Source of the DNA: Camelus ferus
Lineage: Eukaryota
NCBI RefSeq assembly: GCF_009834535.1
Contig: NC_045696.1
Coordinates: 106,146,001 to 106,210,000, forward strand
Direction of reading: 5' to 3'
DNA: 64,000 nucleotides
How positions within the stretch are numbered: the first letter of the stretch is position 1; every line of letters begins with the position of its first letter. The notes beneath the pieces are model-generated. The model saw only the letters and a list, made by a program, of their open reading frames with translations, ran no database searches and was not told where the DNA came from. Positions 34,870-48,519 of the stretch are shown here, piece after piece. Both the position numbers and the translations under genes were made by a program.

Positions 34870-37800
34870 AATGAGTTGAGATACATAAAGACTTAATAAA
34901 AGTTACATAAAAGGCTCAAGCATCATTGGGATCTTCGGGCATCACTCTCGTTTCATGACAACTGGCCACCTGTGTAGACAATGGCGGACACTGTGGAACA
35001 GAGGCTGAGGGCTCACAGGTGCTCAGTGATTCAAGTATCTTTCATTTTAAGTAAACCCAACGTGGAATTTCTAATCCAAGGGGCTGCTAATGGAGGTGAC
35101 CCGTCTCTGGCTCCAGATTTACTGTACCACATCTGAGGGGTCTTTGGGTTAGAGCTGCCACGTGTTAGTGGATCATGTCTCCTGGGAAAGTGAGACAGGC
35201 CACACTAGGCTACCAGGTACTCTCCACAAGAAGGTAAGGGGCAAAGTCCTAACAGAAACCATCCAAGTGTGCCCCTGTGAGGCAGAGTGGCCATCACTTC
35301 AGGCTGTGGGGGAGGGAAGGATGGCTGGGATTACCTGCTGGAGAGAAAAGGAGCCCTCTAAGTGGGGGAGGGGGAGGCAGAACACTAGAAGGAAATCTGA
35401 GGGCACACAGTGGCAAAGGCATGGAATGTGGGGACTTCAGGAAGGGTGTGCTCCAGTGGATGTGAAGGTAGCACTATTCAGATGGAAAACCAGTGGGAAC
35501 ACCAGAATGTCATCCAAGACACAAGTCTCACTGGATTCCTCATTCAGGAAGTAGCATGGCCAACTGGTTTTCCATACTGATCCTGCCAGGTGACCATGTC
35601 CTGGGGATACCCCAGGGTATACTCCACTCTGGCCTCTCTGGAAGCCGCCACTGCCACAAGGGCCCAGGGTTCTCTAAAATGCAAAGAACCGTCTTTTAAA
35701 AGTGTTATTTACTCCTGTCACCTCTGGGCTAAATGAGGTCATGGGAGATGAAGGCTGATCATCAGCTCAACAGCAGAGGCTGAAGAAGGCCATTCCCTAC
35801 TTAGTTTCTCCCCCAGGCATTGTGGGCTGAGTGCAGGCTAGATGCCCTGGAAGCTGGGGCTGGGGCTGGGGCCGGGGCAGATACACAGCCTTATTGAGGG
35901 GAGAGCCTGGGAGCAGCTGGAATCCATTTATCTGGTTACCTTCATGGCTCAGGGCTTCATTCTAGATCAACTGATCTGCATCCAGCAAGACCCCCAACCA
36001 GCTCAGTGCCCTGAGGGAGATGCAGGCTCCACGGTGGGCAGGGGTCCGTGCCCGGGAGATTTCCAGCAGTGGATGCTACCCTGTGTGCAGGGCTTCTGGT
36101 CTCGCTCCACCACTTCCTCCAGCACCGCATCTCCATACTTCCTTCTTCCTGTCTGTCTTGCCTTTTCCTCGTCTCCAGTCTGCAGCTGCCACCCAACTGC
36201 GCCATGGCTGCTGGGGTGTGGCTCAGAGGAGCATTAGGGTTGGAAAAAAGCCTTGTTCTGTTAGTGTTTTGAAGGTCCGTTAACATGATCTTGGGAAGCT
36301 CGGAAGTGCCTGATCTGGAATGTTCTTTGTTACCTTTCCTTTTAGGGTTAGATACAAAAGGGCCATTTAGACAAATAAAGAGGTTTGATTTTTCAACAAG
36401 CAAAAGTCCCAACTGTCTTGTTCTGCAGCAAAATCACTCTTTGGCTGGGCCCCTCCGGTGCTGGCGATCTTGCTGAGTTAGGAACTCAGTACACTTTCAA
36501 AACCTGAGAAGAAGCCAGGTGTCTCACCGTCCAATTAGGTGCTCACTTTCCCCAGGTTTCCTTCTCCAAATGGCGCCAAGCCACCCACTGGGGGTCTCCT
36601 AGTTTGCTTGGTAGCTGATTTGTAACATCTGGAGCTCCTCTCGGGGTCGGGAGTGGAGCTGCCCCTCCACCTGGCCCCAGTCTAGCTCGCACCAGCAGCA
36701 CCTGAGAGGGAGGGGGTCATCGCCAGGGAGCTGGGGGACGGTCCCCTCGTAGAAGCGGGTGTGTGGGAGCCATGTCATCACCCCAACCTTACTTTCTCCT
36801 CCAATTATAGTGTATAGTTAAGATAGTTAAGATCCAGGAGGTTAATAAAAATTTGTCCTAGAAAGGCAACCTAATACTAAGTCTGCAAATGCTTAAAGGG
36901 GTTTTGCTCATTTACTGGGCTTCAGAAGTGACAGTCGGTTGACTCAAAGGGCAAATGGCTTCAGGTCTTGGTGCTGTTTTAGTAAGAACAGTATTGGATC
37001 ATTTTTGGTTAAGATTTAGCACTTACTGGAGTTTTCCAGATGATGTAAAAATTAGCTTACTTTGACACGGAAAACATACAAGCCTTGGCGGTGTGTTTGT
37101 ATCAGAGGCACCAGGCAGGCCAGATGATGGTTGAAAGCCCTCACAGGGCTGCGAAGAACACAGAACTTAGCCCACACCACCTAAAAAATGAATGAACACT
37201 TTTGCAACACCTACCAACGGACTTAATTTATACATTTCCAGGGTAATGAGAAGCCCTTTTAAAACTGTCATGCCAGCCTCTCCCCTCAACAAAATAGAAT
37301 TCCATTTCCTAATATCTGTATTCTCAACCACAGTCAAATCTTCTGGGGGAACACAGCTCTCTTCTCCCCAGTTTATAAGCCGCTGAGTAGGGTCCGCTTC
37401 TCCCTAGGCCTCCAGCCACAGTCGCCATGAACTTCTGGTCTCTCAGTCACTCTACTTTCATATTGAGTTTTGGCACAGCTGGGAAAACTCAGCTAAAAAA
37501 CCACCACCACGATGTTCCAGACATGTTATGCGAGAAGTCTGCTGAAGACTTGAAACTTCACCAGGCAGTGGGCACAGACCCCTTTAATAAAATAATAATC
37601 ACTAAAATAATTTAAAAATCTAGAAAAGACATCCAAGCTCAGACACTGTGGACGAGGGGCAGGGTGGGGAGAGCTTGAGCATGGCTTGTTTTTGTACGTG
37701 GAGGAAACACTTCCACGTCAAACCCACACTATGTAGTTCAAAGAAACAACACAGCCACCAAGAGAGGGAGGAACCGGGTGGAGTCAGCACAGGGGCTGGG

Positions 37801-38032
37801 ACGCTGCTCTGCGCACCGTCACCTCCTGGTCTCTGCTGAGACCTGGGGAAGCCCACGCCCTTCTAACAAAGCCAGACCCTTTCTCCTCCCAGCCCAGCCT
37901 CCCCCTCTCCCTTCCGGTGCCAAGTCCTCAGGCCAAGGGTCATGGTTAGAAATGGTCTTCAGTGCGGTTAGGCAGTGGAGGGGTCCAGAGGGCTGGCCAG
38001 TTCCCAGTCACTGTGCCCAGGGCCTCGGGCAA
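34850..38032 (-). other. MRAS: MRAS 3'UTR (part of the last exon)
   Basis: Lies between the stop codon and the poly(A) signal. No interspersed repeats were recognised here, unlike the flanks. Confidence 0.7.
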
Positions 38033-38132
38033 TCACAATATCACGCATTGCAGTTTGTGGGTGCCTGTGGCCCGGTCTCCCCGCCATTTGGTTTTCTTCT
38101 TCTTCTTCTGGCTTTTTTCTGGAATCTGTTGC
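38033..38132 (-). CDS. MRAS: M-Ras/R-Ras3 last coding exon (polybasic region plus CaaX)
   Basis: Acceptor ctcaaaag|G. Encodes (R)[32 protein letters not shown] with TGA at 38035-38033; 100 nt. Confidence 0.96.
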
Positions 38133-39491
38133 CTTTTGAGACAAGGGAGGGCAGAATAAGGACATTAGAGAGGGCTTTGCTTCTCTCTGCTCTGTCCTCC
38201 CCGGTCCCTGGGTCTGCAGCAGGCGGCTAGGAGGTCTGTTCTGGTTCTGGAGGGGGAGGGGGCATAGGTCGGGGAGGGAGAGGAGGACCTGGCCTGGACA
38301 GCATCTCTAAGGCAGGGAAAGTGGGAAGGGAGAGAAGGCAGAGCAAAACCCGCCATCCAACTGGTGAGAACTGATACCACACTGTGGCTCCATTCATTTC
38401 AATCACAGGCTGTGTTATCTGTTATAGTGTTGGCCCCCGTTTCTGTGTTTCATATTTTAAATAAAATGATGGGTCAACTGAGTACAAAAGCTTTTTACCT
38501 GTTTTCTGTTTATTTTTCCTGTGTCTAAAACCTGCCCTCGGAACTAGAGGTCCAGAACCAAGACAGCACACCTCCTGATGAGGTAGCAGATCCTGACTGG
38601 AGGCAAAATGCCCACGAGAACACCATTTAATGAGTGCAGGACTGCCAGCTAGAGCATAAGGTGAAGGCTGCAAACCACAGTCCATGCTGGGAATAAAGAG
38701 AAAAGGAGGCTGTTGGGTGTGTGTGGGGGTGGGGGGGGTGGGGGGGGGTGCGTGCACGTGCATGTGCACGCGCAGGCGCTGGGGGCGCTGAGAGCCACTG
38801 TTAAAGCCCTGCCTGTGATTCTGTAACTAAGCAACAGCCTGAGAGGTCACCAGCATAAGACAACATACTAACACATGATGTCTGAGAACCACTGGTTAGG
38901 GAGCTCTGTACAACGAGGATTTTGGAAACAAGAAAGATGGGGGACAGTGAGACGAGCCAGGAGGCCATCTCAGGTATCTAAGCACGAGATGATTGAGGTC
39001 TAGAGCCCGACTATGCAAAGGAAGGTAAAAGAGATGACGGGCTGGGATTTCTGACAATCCTTGCAGACTGATAGTGTGTGGGGTCTGGTAAGGAGACACA
39101 CAGGCAACGCCTCCGCACTTGGAGCTGAGAAATCAGAATGTTGGTTGTCCAGGTGAAATGTTCAGGGGCACTCTGACATCAGGGAAGAGGAGAGGCACCT
39201 ACTTTTTACTGTGTTGGCGGCTTTGGTGTTGGGAGAACACCAGGGGCTGGATGGGGGGGCGCTGCCCTCCAGGAGCCTGAGCAACAGGCCACAGGGGAGG
39301 TCAGGGAGGAGGCCCAGCTGACAGCTCGGGCAGGAAGGTGGGAGGGGTAGAGATGGATGGAAGTACAGGAAATCCAAAAACAGGCCCAGAACCATCCAGC
39401 CTGGGCCTCGGACAAGGCACGTGCTCCTCCAGCCCTCCTGGAGCCCTTCCTGCCGCGGAGACCCTGCTTCCAGGCAGGCGAGCATTGCTCA

Positions 39492-39701
<210 letters not shown>

Positions 39702-41571
39702 TCAAGCCTTTGGTGGCTTCTCACTCTTTAAAGTCAGAAAGTTTTACTGACAGCTCTGCTGATTCTCTCTTGTCTTCTGGTCACAGAGACATTTAATAGC
39801 TGCCTAAAAATAGAATGAAAATGATCTTTTTATACACTTAAAGACTGCTTCATTTATCAAACAGCCACGTGTTCTGATTCTACTCATTTTGCTTTCTGAG
39901 GTCTATTTCTCTGCCTTGGGGGACTTCTGCTCCTCTCTCCAGGCCTTCCAGCGGGGACTCTGGCAGGAAAGGCTGAGGGGAGGCTGGGCCCTGGGCCAGA
40001 CTTTGCACCCTAACGACCTGGGCAATCTGCACGTCCCACCGCCCACAACCAGCCTGCCTGGCCCAGCTCTTGCGTGGCCTGCATCTATGAGCCCGGAGCT
40101 CGGCCACGTTTACGGAAGGCTTATGTCTGCACGTCTAAGGCTGAGTCATCATCACCAGTCTGGAAGGCAACAGTGGTCGGGAGATGTGGTGGAGGAGACC
40201 CTATAGGGCCATCCACGTCTACCCCAAGTCTCAGGCTGGCACAGGGAGGAGAACAAAGGCCCTGTGAGGTCAGGACACAGCCTTCTATTTTAACAGGGAC
40301 CCCACAAAGGCAGGAGGCTCACCATCACTCTCCCACAAGGGAAGAGAGTATAAGGTCCAGACAATGCACACAGCCTCCCTAGATGAGATGCAGGTAAGCC
40401 GACTATGATTAGACTGAAGAACTTTGGTGTTTTTTGCAACTTTCTCCTGATATAACAAAATTAAGGCATTTCATTATAATAGATTTTAAAAAGAAAAGCA
40501 TAGTGAAGAAAAAAAAACAGATCCAACACTTTAAACGATGGCGGTGGATGCTGTGTGACGGGGTAAGTTGTGACTCAAGAGGAGCCCATTGTAAATGATG
40601 GCCCGGAACACATCATAAATACCAGGCCATTAACGATCATCACAGGGGATCAGATGTTCCCACACGGCTGTGGCTCTAGCAGGTGTCTTGCTGGAGCTGA
40701 CCCAGACACAAGGCACCAAGGACACAACCTGGACCTTTGAAATCTTCATTCGACAAATATTTGAGCCTCTGATAACCCTGAGGGGAAACTGCCTTCCAAC
40801 CACTGTTAGGCTGTTAGATTGTGGACCACTCACTGAGATGACCGTGGGCTGCTTGGCCTCTCAGGTCTCAACACCCCTGACCTCACTAATTCTCATGTTA
40901 ACACTCTGAGGTAAGTAAGCAAACATCTCCATGGTGCACTGGGGAGGCAGAGCTCAGAGGGGTGATGTACTGGCCCAAGGCCACACAGTGGCCAACAGAG
41001 AATCATGATCTGCACAAGGTACACGGTCCACTTCCCACCTGGCCTCACCCGGACAGGTGGGAGTGCTGAGGTCCGCTTCAGAGCCTCGTCCAGGTGTGGC
41101 ATGCACCTCGATAGCTCCGAGGAGCCGGAGTCCAGTGCAACCTTGTGAGGGCAGGAAATTCTTTCCTGTGCTCCCCTAGGGGGAAGTGGGAGGGCAGCGG
41201 GGCTGAGATTCCCCTGAGCCCCTTCATGGCCTATAATCCTGCTGGCTCAGTAAATCCCTGGTTCCTGGGGCCTCAGACCTCTGCTGCTGGCCGTCCCACT
41301 CACAAGCACACTTGTAATACCCCCAGGTCCCCAGACACCTCTACCTTCTTTCTGGGGGTCCTGCTTCTGAAGAAATGCTGATGCACATGATCTGGTTTCT
41401 TAGAATTCTAGGACTTCATAGTCACAGGTCTTAAAGTAAACTAAACTGCAACAAACGGCAGTATTATTTGACTCCACTACAGGGCTAGGAAGCGCCATCT
41501 TCCTGCACCAGGTGGGGGCGGCCTTGCTGGGTCAGCTAAAGAGGAACTTGCCTTATGACCTTGAAAATTAG

Positions 41572-41736
41572 AGGGGAAGGTAGAGCTCAGTGGTAGACTG
41601 CATGCTTAGCAAGCACAAGGTCCTGGGCTCAATCCCCAGTCCCTCTGTTAAATAAACAAACAAACCTAACCCCTCCCCCCAAATTAAAACAACAACAATA
41701 ACAAAAAACCCAAAACAAAACAAAATTAAAAAATCA
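41572..41736 (+). mobile_element. tRNA-Ala-derived camelid SINE (vic-1-like) with A-rich tail
   Basis: ggggaaggtagagctcagtggtagactgcatgcttagcaagcacaaggtcctgggctcaatccccag; TSD aaaattag at 41564-41571 and 41737-41744. Confidence 0.85.
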
Positions 41737-42149
41737 AAAATTAGGACAGTAGCTCGCAGGGTCATTTGGTTAAATGATAAATGAGGCAGCGGCATTCACT
41801 GTAGGAGAAACAAAGGCTGAGAGACTGGAGACCTGGTTTCTTGTGGGTAGGGGTGGGGGTTAGGGGGGAACTACTCACCAGCTGTGAGGCCCCTGGAATT
41901 CGCTTAGCCTGCAGTGTCTTATTCCCTTTTCCTTGCAGAATGGGGTTATTGCTACCCCGTGCAGTGCCCTTCCCCCACTGCCGCCAGACACCCAGGGCGG
42001 TGGGAGGGACTCCAGAAGGGGTCTGTGAAGGCACCGAGCATCAGCTCACTGTATGGGGCCCGAGGCTGTGGAGTTCAGGATGCCGGCCAGTGGAAGGCAT
42101 GCCTCCCTCCTGTGTGTGAGGCCTGCGTCCAGTGCTAACCCAGAGGTCA

Positions 42150-43512
42150 GTTCTGGTCCTCACCTAGAGACCACTGAGCACACCTGTCTTGGGTGATCAC
42201 TCCTTCCTTCTTGAGGCATTTTATTTCCCTGGCCCCCAAGACCCCACTCTGGTCCTCACACAGCACTGACCGCTCAGTCCCTTTTGTTCCTTCCTCCTCA
42301 CCCCCTCCTCCCACCGCACCAAAGTGCCCCAAGTCTCAGTCCCGGGACCCTGCCCTACCTACACTCATTCACTTGGGTTTCATGGCTTTGTTTTCTTTTT
42401 CCTTTATGTGTGTGTGTGCATATATATACATAAAATTGAGGTATAATTAATGTATAGCATACATTCTATTTGATTCAGGTGTACAACATCATGATTCGAT
42501 ATTTGTATATATTGCAAAATGATCACCACAATAAGTCTAGTTAACACCCATCACCACAGAATTTTTTTTCTTGTGATGAGAACTTTTAAGATTTAGTCTG
42601 GTTTCATGGATTTAAATTCTACCCACACTCTGCTGATTTCCAATATTTACCTCCAGATAGTCTACCTGACAGCTGTCTTGATATCGCCACTTGATTATCC
42701 ACTTGGTTCCTCAAACCAAGGATCTAAAACAAGACTCCTGGTCTCCCCCACATGCTCTGCTCCGGTCCCCCTGCCCAGTTACTGGAACTCCAGTCTTCTG
42801 AAAGTTCCTCGGCATCATCCTCAAATCCTCTCTCTCTCACTCCACATCTAATCTGTAAACAAATCCTGTCAGCTCTCAGAAATCTACCCAGAATCCAACC
42901 ACTTCTTGCCACGTCCATGAGCCCGACACTGGTCCACGTCAGCCTGCCTGCACGGGGTTCTGGGCAGCCCCCACAGACCTTTCTCCTCACGGCCACCAGA
43001 GGGCAGCTGTTCGGTCGTGAGCCAGGCCAAGTCACTCAGTCAAAACCCTTGAAAGGTTTCTCTGTCACTCTGAGTAAAAGCCCATCTGGCCTCAAACCAC
43101 TTCTCTGACCTTGCCTCCTGCTACTCACCCTCCTACTCCTTCTGCTATGGCCACACTGGCCTCCTTATGCCCCTTGCTGTTGCTCAAACTCCCACCTCCG
43201 GGCCTTTGCACTGATTATTCCCTCTGCTGGAACATTCTTTCCCCAGGTATCCAGAGGACGTATTCCCTCACCTCCTGTCAGTCCTCGCTGACATGCACCT
43301 TCCCAGCGAGGTGCTCCCTGACCACCCATCCGGAAAAGCACTCCACTTCACGTTCCCTACCGCCATCCCTGATTTACTCCACCCCCAGCACAGGTCCCCT
43401 TCTCACACGTTCTAATCTGCTTCCTTTATTGTCTGTCTGCTGCCACCAGAAGTAAGCGCCCTGTGGCAAGGGTTTTGTTTCCCAGGGTCTAGGACCATTG
43501 AATGAACACGTG
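42150..43512 (+). mobile_element. L2 LINE 3' region (with a short minus-strand L1 3' end at ~42425-42595)
   Basis: Pyrimidine-rich: cagaatccaaccacttct, gggcctttgcactgattattccctctgctggaac, tail ttgaatgaa. Confidence 0.75.
42993..43007 (+). promoter_or_regulatory. Candidate CTCF binding site
   Basis: (gg)CCACCAGAGGGCAGC is a close match to the CTCF core consensus CCASYAGRKGGCRS. Motif evidence only. Confidence 0.45.
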
Positions 43513-44182
43513 AATAAACACAGAAAGCAGAGACAAGCAGACCTGTCACTGAACCCCCTTCCTCTACTCACAGAGCTGGGCCCACCGGGCAGGGGGAAGG
43601 CGCAGCCCTGCAGACGTCCCAGGTGGACACCTACACAACTGACCCATGAGGCCGGGCGTGGCTGTGCTGAGGTGGGGGAGGGGTGGGAAGAAGCCCAGCG
43701 GCCCCACCATCCAGTGGGCAAAGGGGTATCACAATGAACTGAAAACAAAAATAAAACAGAAACAAAACCAAAGATGTCTACTGACACACACTGTGGCCTG
43801 GGCAGACCTCGGTTTGATCACTTATAAGATGGAGACAGTGGTACCGACCTCAACGTGTGGCTGGGGGAGTAGACGCTCCCCCAGCACAACCCCAGCACAG
43901 AGCAGGGCTCAGGGGAGGCAGCTGAGCTGACGATTCTCACACAGTCAGGTGCTGGCTCAGAGAAGGGGACACAAGCCAACCCCCTGCACAGCCCAGCAAT
44001 GAACCTGCAGCATCAGGGCCAGGAGTTGGCCTGTCCAGCCCACCGTGAGGGTCCCTGCTCCCCACAGCAGGGCCTCTGATGACTGACAAGGGGTGCTTTC
44101 TCTCTGGTCTGCCGTCTGGTTTCACAAAATATCCCACATCGCATGTGCCCCATGAGGCTGCTCTGTGGAATCCAGCCCATTA

Positions 44183-44512
<330 letters not shown>

Positions 44513-45743
44513 TCAGAGTCTTTCCCTCCACATCTCCAGAAAGGGAAAAGAGGCCTGGGGGCTGCCTTGGTTTGAAGCCTTAGGCCTGTTGCAAAGTGAG
44601 CTGGGATTCTCCAGGGAACCTCTGGCTCTGCACTGTCTGGGCCAGCGGCTGGGTTCCCAGGTGCCTCCTCCCATCTCCCCGTCACCCTGATGCACCCCCA
44701 ACACAGGCCATCATGCTCTGGTCGCCAGCAATGACTCATGAAGAGCACCAGGGCCAGGGGCTGGCGCACAGTTGTCACTTACTAAATGGCAGCTGCAAAA
44801 TCAGGATGGCTCCCAGGAGAGGGAGGGAGGGGTTCAGAGGTATGTCTGCCTTAAAGATTCCCATTGGCACATGTGGCCAAATTGCTGCCCAAAAGTGAAC
44901 GAAATGGAAGTCTCACAGCATCATTGTCAACACTGAGTATTTTCATTAAAAAAATTATAATTTGGTGGGTGAAACATGGTACTTTATTATTCTTCCTTGC
45001 ACTTCTTTGATTAGCAAGAAGACTGAATATTTTTCCACATCTGAGTCATTTATGTTTTCTCTTTAGAAAGTCCTATAGTCAGGGGCTTAATCCACATTTA
45101 TTCTTCATAGCTTTTTGCATATGTGTATGTGTACATATCCCTTTATCTTGAAAAGTTATTAGCAATTTGCCTTTGAGACAGGTGTTAACTGGTTCTTTCA
45201 AATTTACCAAGATTTTTTCAAAGTTTGCTGTTTTCCTATTAGTTTATCCTTTGACTTTAACATTGCCTCTTTATGAGCCAATTAACTAAAAAGACCAGTT
45301 GGGCTTAAAACAGACTCCAAACTATTTAACTAGTCGATACTATGCTAAGGAAAAAATGAGCCTTTAATTACAGGCTTGTAAATCTTACAGTCAAATGTGA
45401 TTTAGCCAATTGCAATGTATACTGGAAAGAAAATTCACTTTTTCTTTGGAATAAAACTTGGTTAAATTGGAGCGGAAACAGATGTTACTTATGTTCCCTT
45501 GATTCATCATTGGGGACAGTTTAGGAGAGATGGGTGGGAGCTGAATCCTTGGGGCCTTGGGTGCATGGAGACCCCTGGCCACCTGGAAAGAGAGAGGGTG
45601 GGAGCTGGTGGGTGTCTGAGGGATCTAGGTCTGAATTCAGCTCTGCCCTTCGTGCTTCAGTTTTCACCTGAAGATCTGAGACAGACAGACAGACGGAGCC
45701 CACCTGAGCCAGGCGTGGGGAGGTCCCTGCCCAGCCGCCCTCA

Positions 45744-45980
<237 letters not shown>

Positions 45981-47169
45981 TCAGCTGTCCCCACAAGCTC
46001 CCAGGGCCCAGCGCTCTAAGGGCCCAGCGGGGCCTCAGGCACCGCAGTGTGAGGCTCTGACTCATTTGTGGACCAACCAGTTCTAACCCACGGTGCTCCC
46101 TGGGCCTTCATTCTCCACCTGCAGAAAAGCCTCATGAGGTCAGTGATCAACTCGGCTACAAATTCCTCTGGAGTCCCCAGGTGTGGGCTTCGATCCCTGC
46201 TGCAGGTCTTACAAGCTGATTCTTGGGGAGGTTACCTGCCTCCGAGCCTCCGTTTCCTCCTCTGTAAAATGGACACAGTGCTTATACCTTGCAGCCCCGA
46301 GGGAGGAAAGCCCCGGGACAAGCCTGAGGGAAGCTCTGAAGAGGCCATCCTGGGTCAGGAAGGGTCCTTGGGCCCTGTGCGGACAGATACCAGGTACGGC
46401 CGTGGGGGAGGAGCGGCTCCCTGAGAGCCAGGGCCCTCGTCACCCAGGAGGGGCTGCTCCAGGGCTGGAGGGACGTGGGAGCTGGGGCAGTTGGGGAGAG
46501 GGAGGCTGGGGGGACCTTCTCCACAAAGGCTCTTCCCTCAACCCACCCATCCCCTCACTACCCCCACCTCATACGCCTATTCTCCTGAGATGAAATGCTC
46601 TCCCTGTTTCAGGGAGGTCGCGGCCACAGCTGGGGGTCTTTCTGTAGATCTGCAAGCCTGACCCACTCTGGCCCTGTGGGGGTCCTGAAGTGGGAACCCC
46701 TCAGTGACCTGTAAGCCACCGCCCAGCACGGCCCCTCCCCACTCTCCCAGATTGCTCTCCCTGACCAGACCCGCTTCCCCTCTCCTGGAGGCAGTGGAGG
46801 TTGGTTCCAGATCTTGAAGCCAGGTTCTGGGCTGAGTCTGCCTCCTGATTCCCAGCCTGTGACCCTGGGCAAGCTCATGTCTCTGTGCCTCCTCTTCCTA
46901 AAACAGGGCTTGTCAGGGATGTTTTGAGTTAATATACTCAGGCCCCTGGAGCAGCACTGATGCAAAGAAGTCCTACAGGAGTGTCTATGGGAGACTGTAT
47001 CCTCATCTGGGCCTGGGATTCCCTCCCCCAGCCACTTCCCTCTCTGCTCCCTGTGCCTTGGTGAGCTACTCTGACTCACAGAATTCTGCTGCCAGAGCCC
47101 CCGTGACTCTCTCCACCCCCAAATGGACCCTTCATGGCACTGTTTTCACTGCCCATTTAAAAGGCCCCC

Positions 47170-47870
47170 AGCTGGACTGTCAGTTCCCAGAGCCAGGGAC
47201 TTGGTCTGTGTGTCACCCGTCTACTTGGAGCCTGGCACAAACAGTACTCAAATAGTAGCTGAAGGAATACATGAATGTGAAACCTATTTAATTTCATTCA
47301 TTCATTCATTCAAGAACTATTTTGAGAGCTTACTACGTATCAGGCGGTGTTCTAGGCAGGCCATGGGGGTTGGGGTGGGGCTGGTGCACAGGGGTAAGGC
47401 TGACTTCCTTCTAAGCATGACAGGGGCCACTGGAGACACTGGGCAAGAGTGAAATGATCTATAGGACATTTGCAAAGTTTACTCTGGTTGCTGGGGCAAC
47501 ACAGACGGAGAGTGAAAGCAGGGACACCAGTCAGGAGGTTAGGAAATAGTCCAGCAAGACAGGATGGAGGGCTGGACCAAGGGTAGGGTGGGGCGGGGGC
47601 TAAGAGAAGTGACCAGATTCAGGCCACTTTCTAAGACAGAGCCAACAGGAGCAGGGCTCCTGGGGGGAAATGTAGGGACACGGGGGATGAGAGAGAACAG
47701 CAGAGGACGAGGGCAGTTTAGGGCCTGAGCTGAATGAATGGTGGCATCATATACTGAGTGGGAGAGACGGTGAAAAACAGGGTCGGGGGGCTCAGTTTTG
47801 GAAACACACTTCAGAAACTCTCAGGCACCTACATGGAACTTCAAATAGGTACATGGAGACTTAAGACAGA
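47170..47870. mobile_element. Two L2 fragments tail-to-tail (+ 47170-47278; - 47290-47870)
   Basis: ggactgtcagttccc...cctggcacaaacagtactcaaatag...gaatacatgaat, then ttcattcattcattcattcaag...actctggttgctgg...gacagagccaacagga. Confidence 0.65.
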
Positions 47871-48519
47871 AACTGAGAAGAGGGGAAAGAGAGACAGAAG
47901 GAGGAGTCACCAGTGTGTGGGTGGCACAGAAAGCCACTGGACGAGCTATCCAGGACCCCCAGGAACCCACATCTCCTCAGGTAGACACCCTGAGGCCCTG
48001 CCTGGGAAAGTGACCTTGTCCACGCAGCCTGTCACCCCTGCACATCTTCCTGGGTCACTCAGCACAGCAGAGGGGCAAGGCCTGGCAGGTACACAGGCCA
48101 GACTGTGACCCATACACAAGAGCAGCTCCCTTCTGTGGGCCTTGGTCTCCTCAAGTATGAAAGGAGGGGTGGGGCTCCTGGGCCTTCAGGTCCTTCGAGC
48201 TCTGACATCCTTGAATTATTTGGTCTGGATATAAAATGAAGGAGCTAAGAAAATAGGACCTATAGCTGAGGACCAGTGGGGAGACACGCAGTTTCCCCAA
48301 TATTTTCAGTGGCGGTGGGGTAGGAAGACTGAACCTTCACCAGAGGGAGTGGAGCCTTTTGTCCTAAATCCCACTCAGGACCGCACTCCACAGACGAAAA
48401 TGGCACAGATTTGGCTGAAACAGGGATGGGAAGGCCCGAACTAAACAGCAGGTAACCAGGTAATATTGTAATTAACACATTCACAGATTTTGTTTTTGTT
48501 TTGTCTATTATCCAAAACA

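Noticed and set aside
34895..34900. Plus-strand AATAAA near the MRAS 3' end as the terminator of an antisense gene
   Set aside because: AT-rich context and no supporting plus-strand exon structure.
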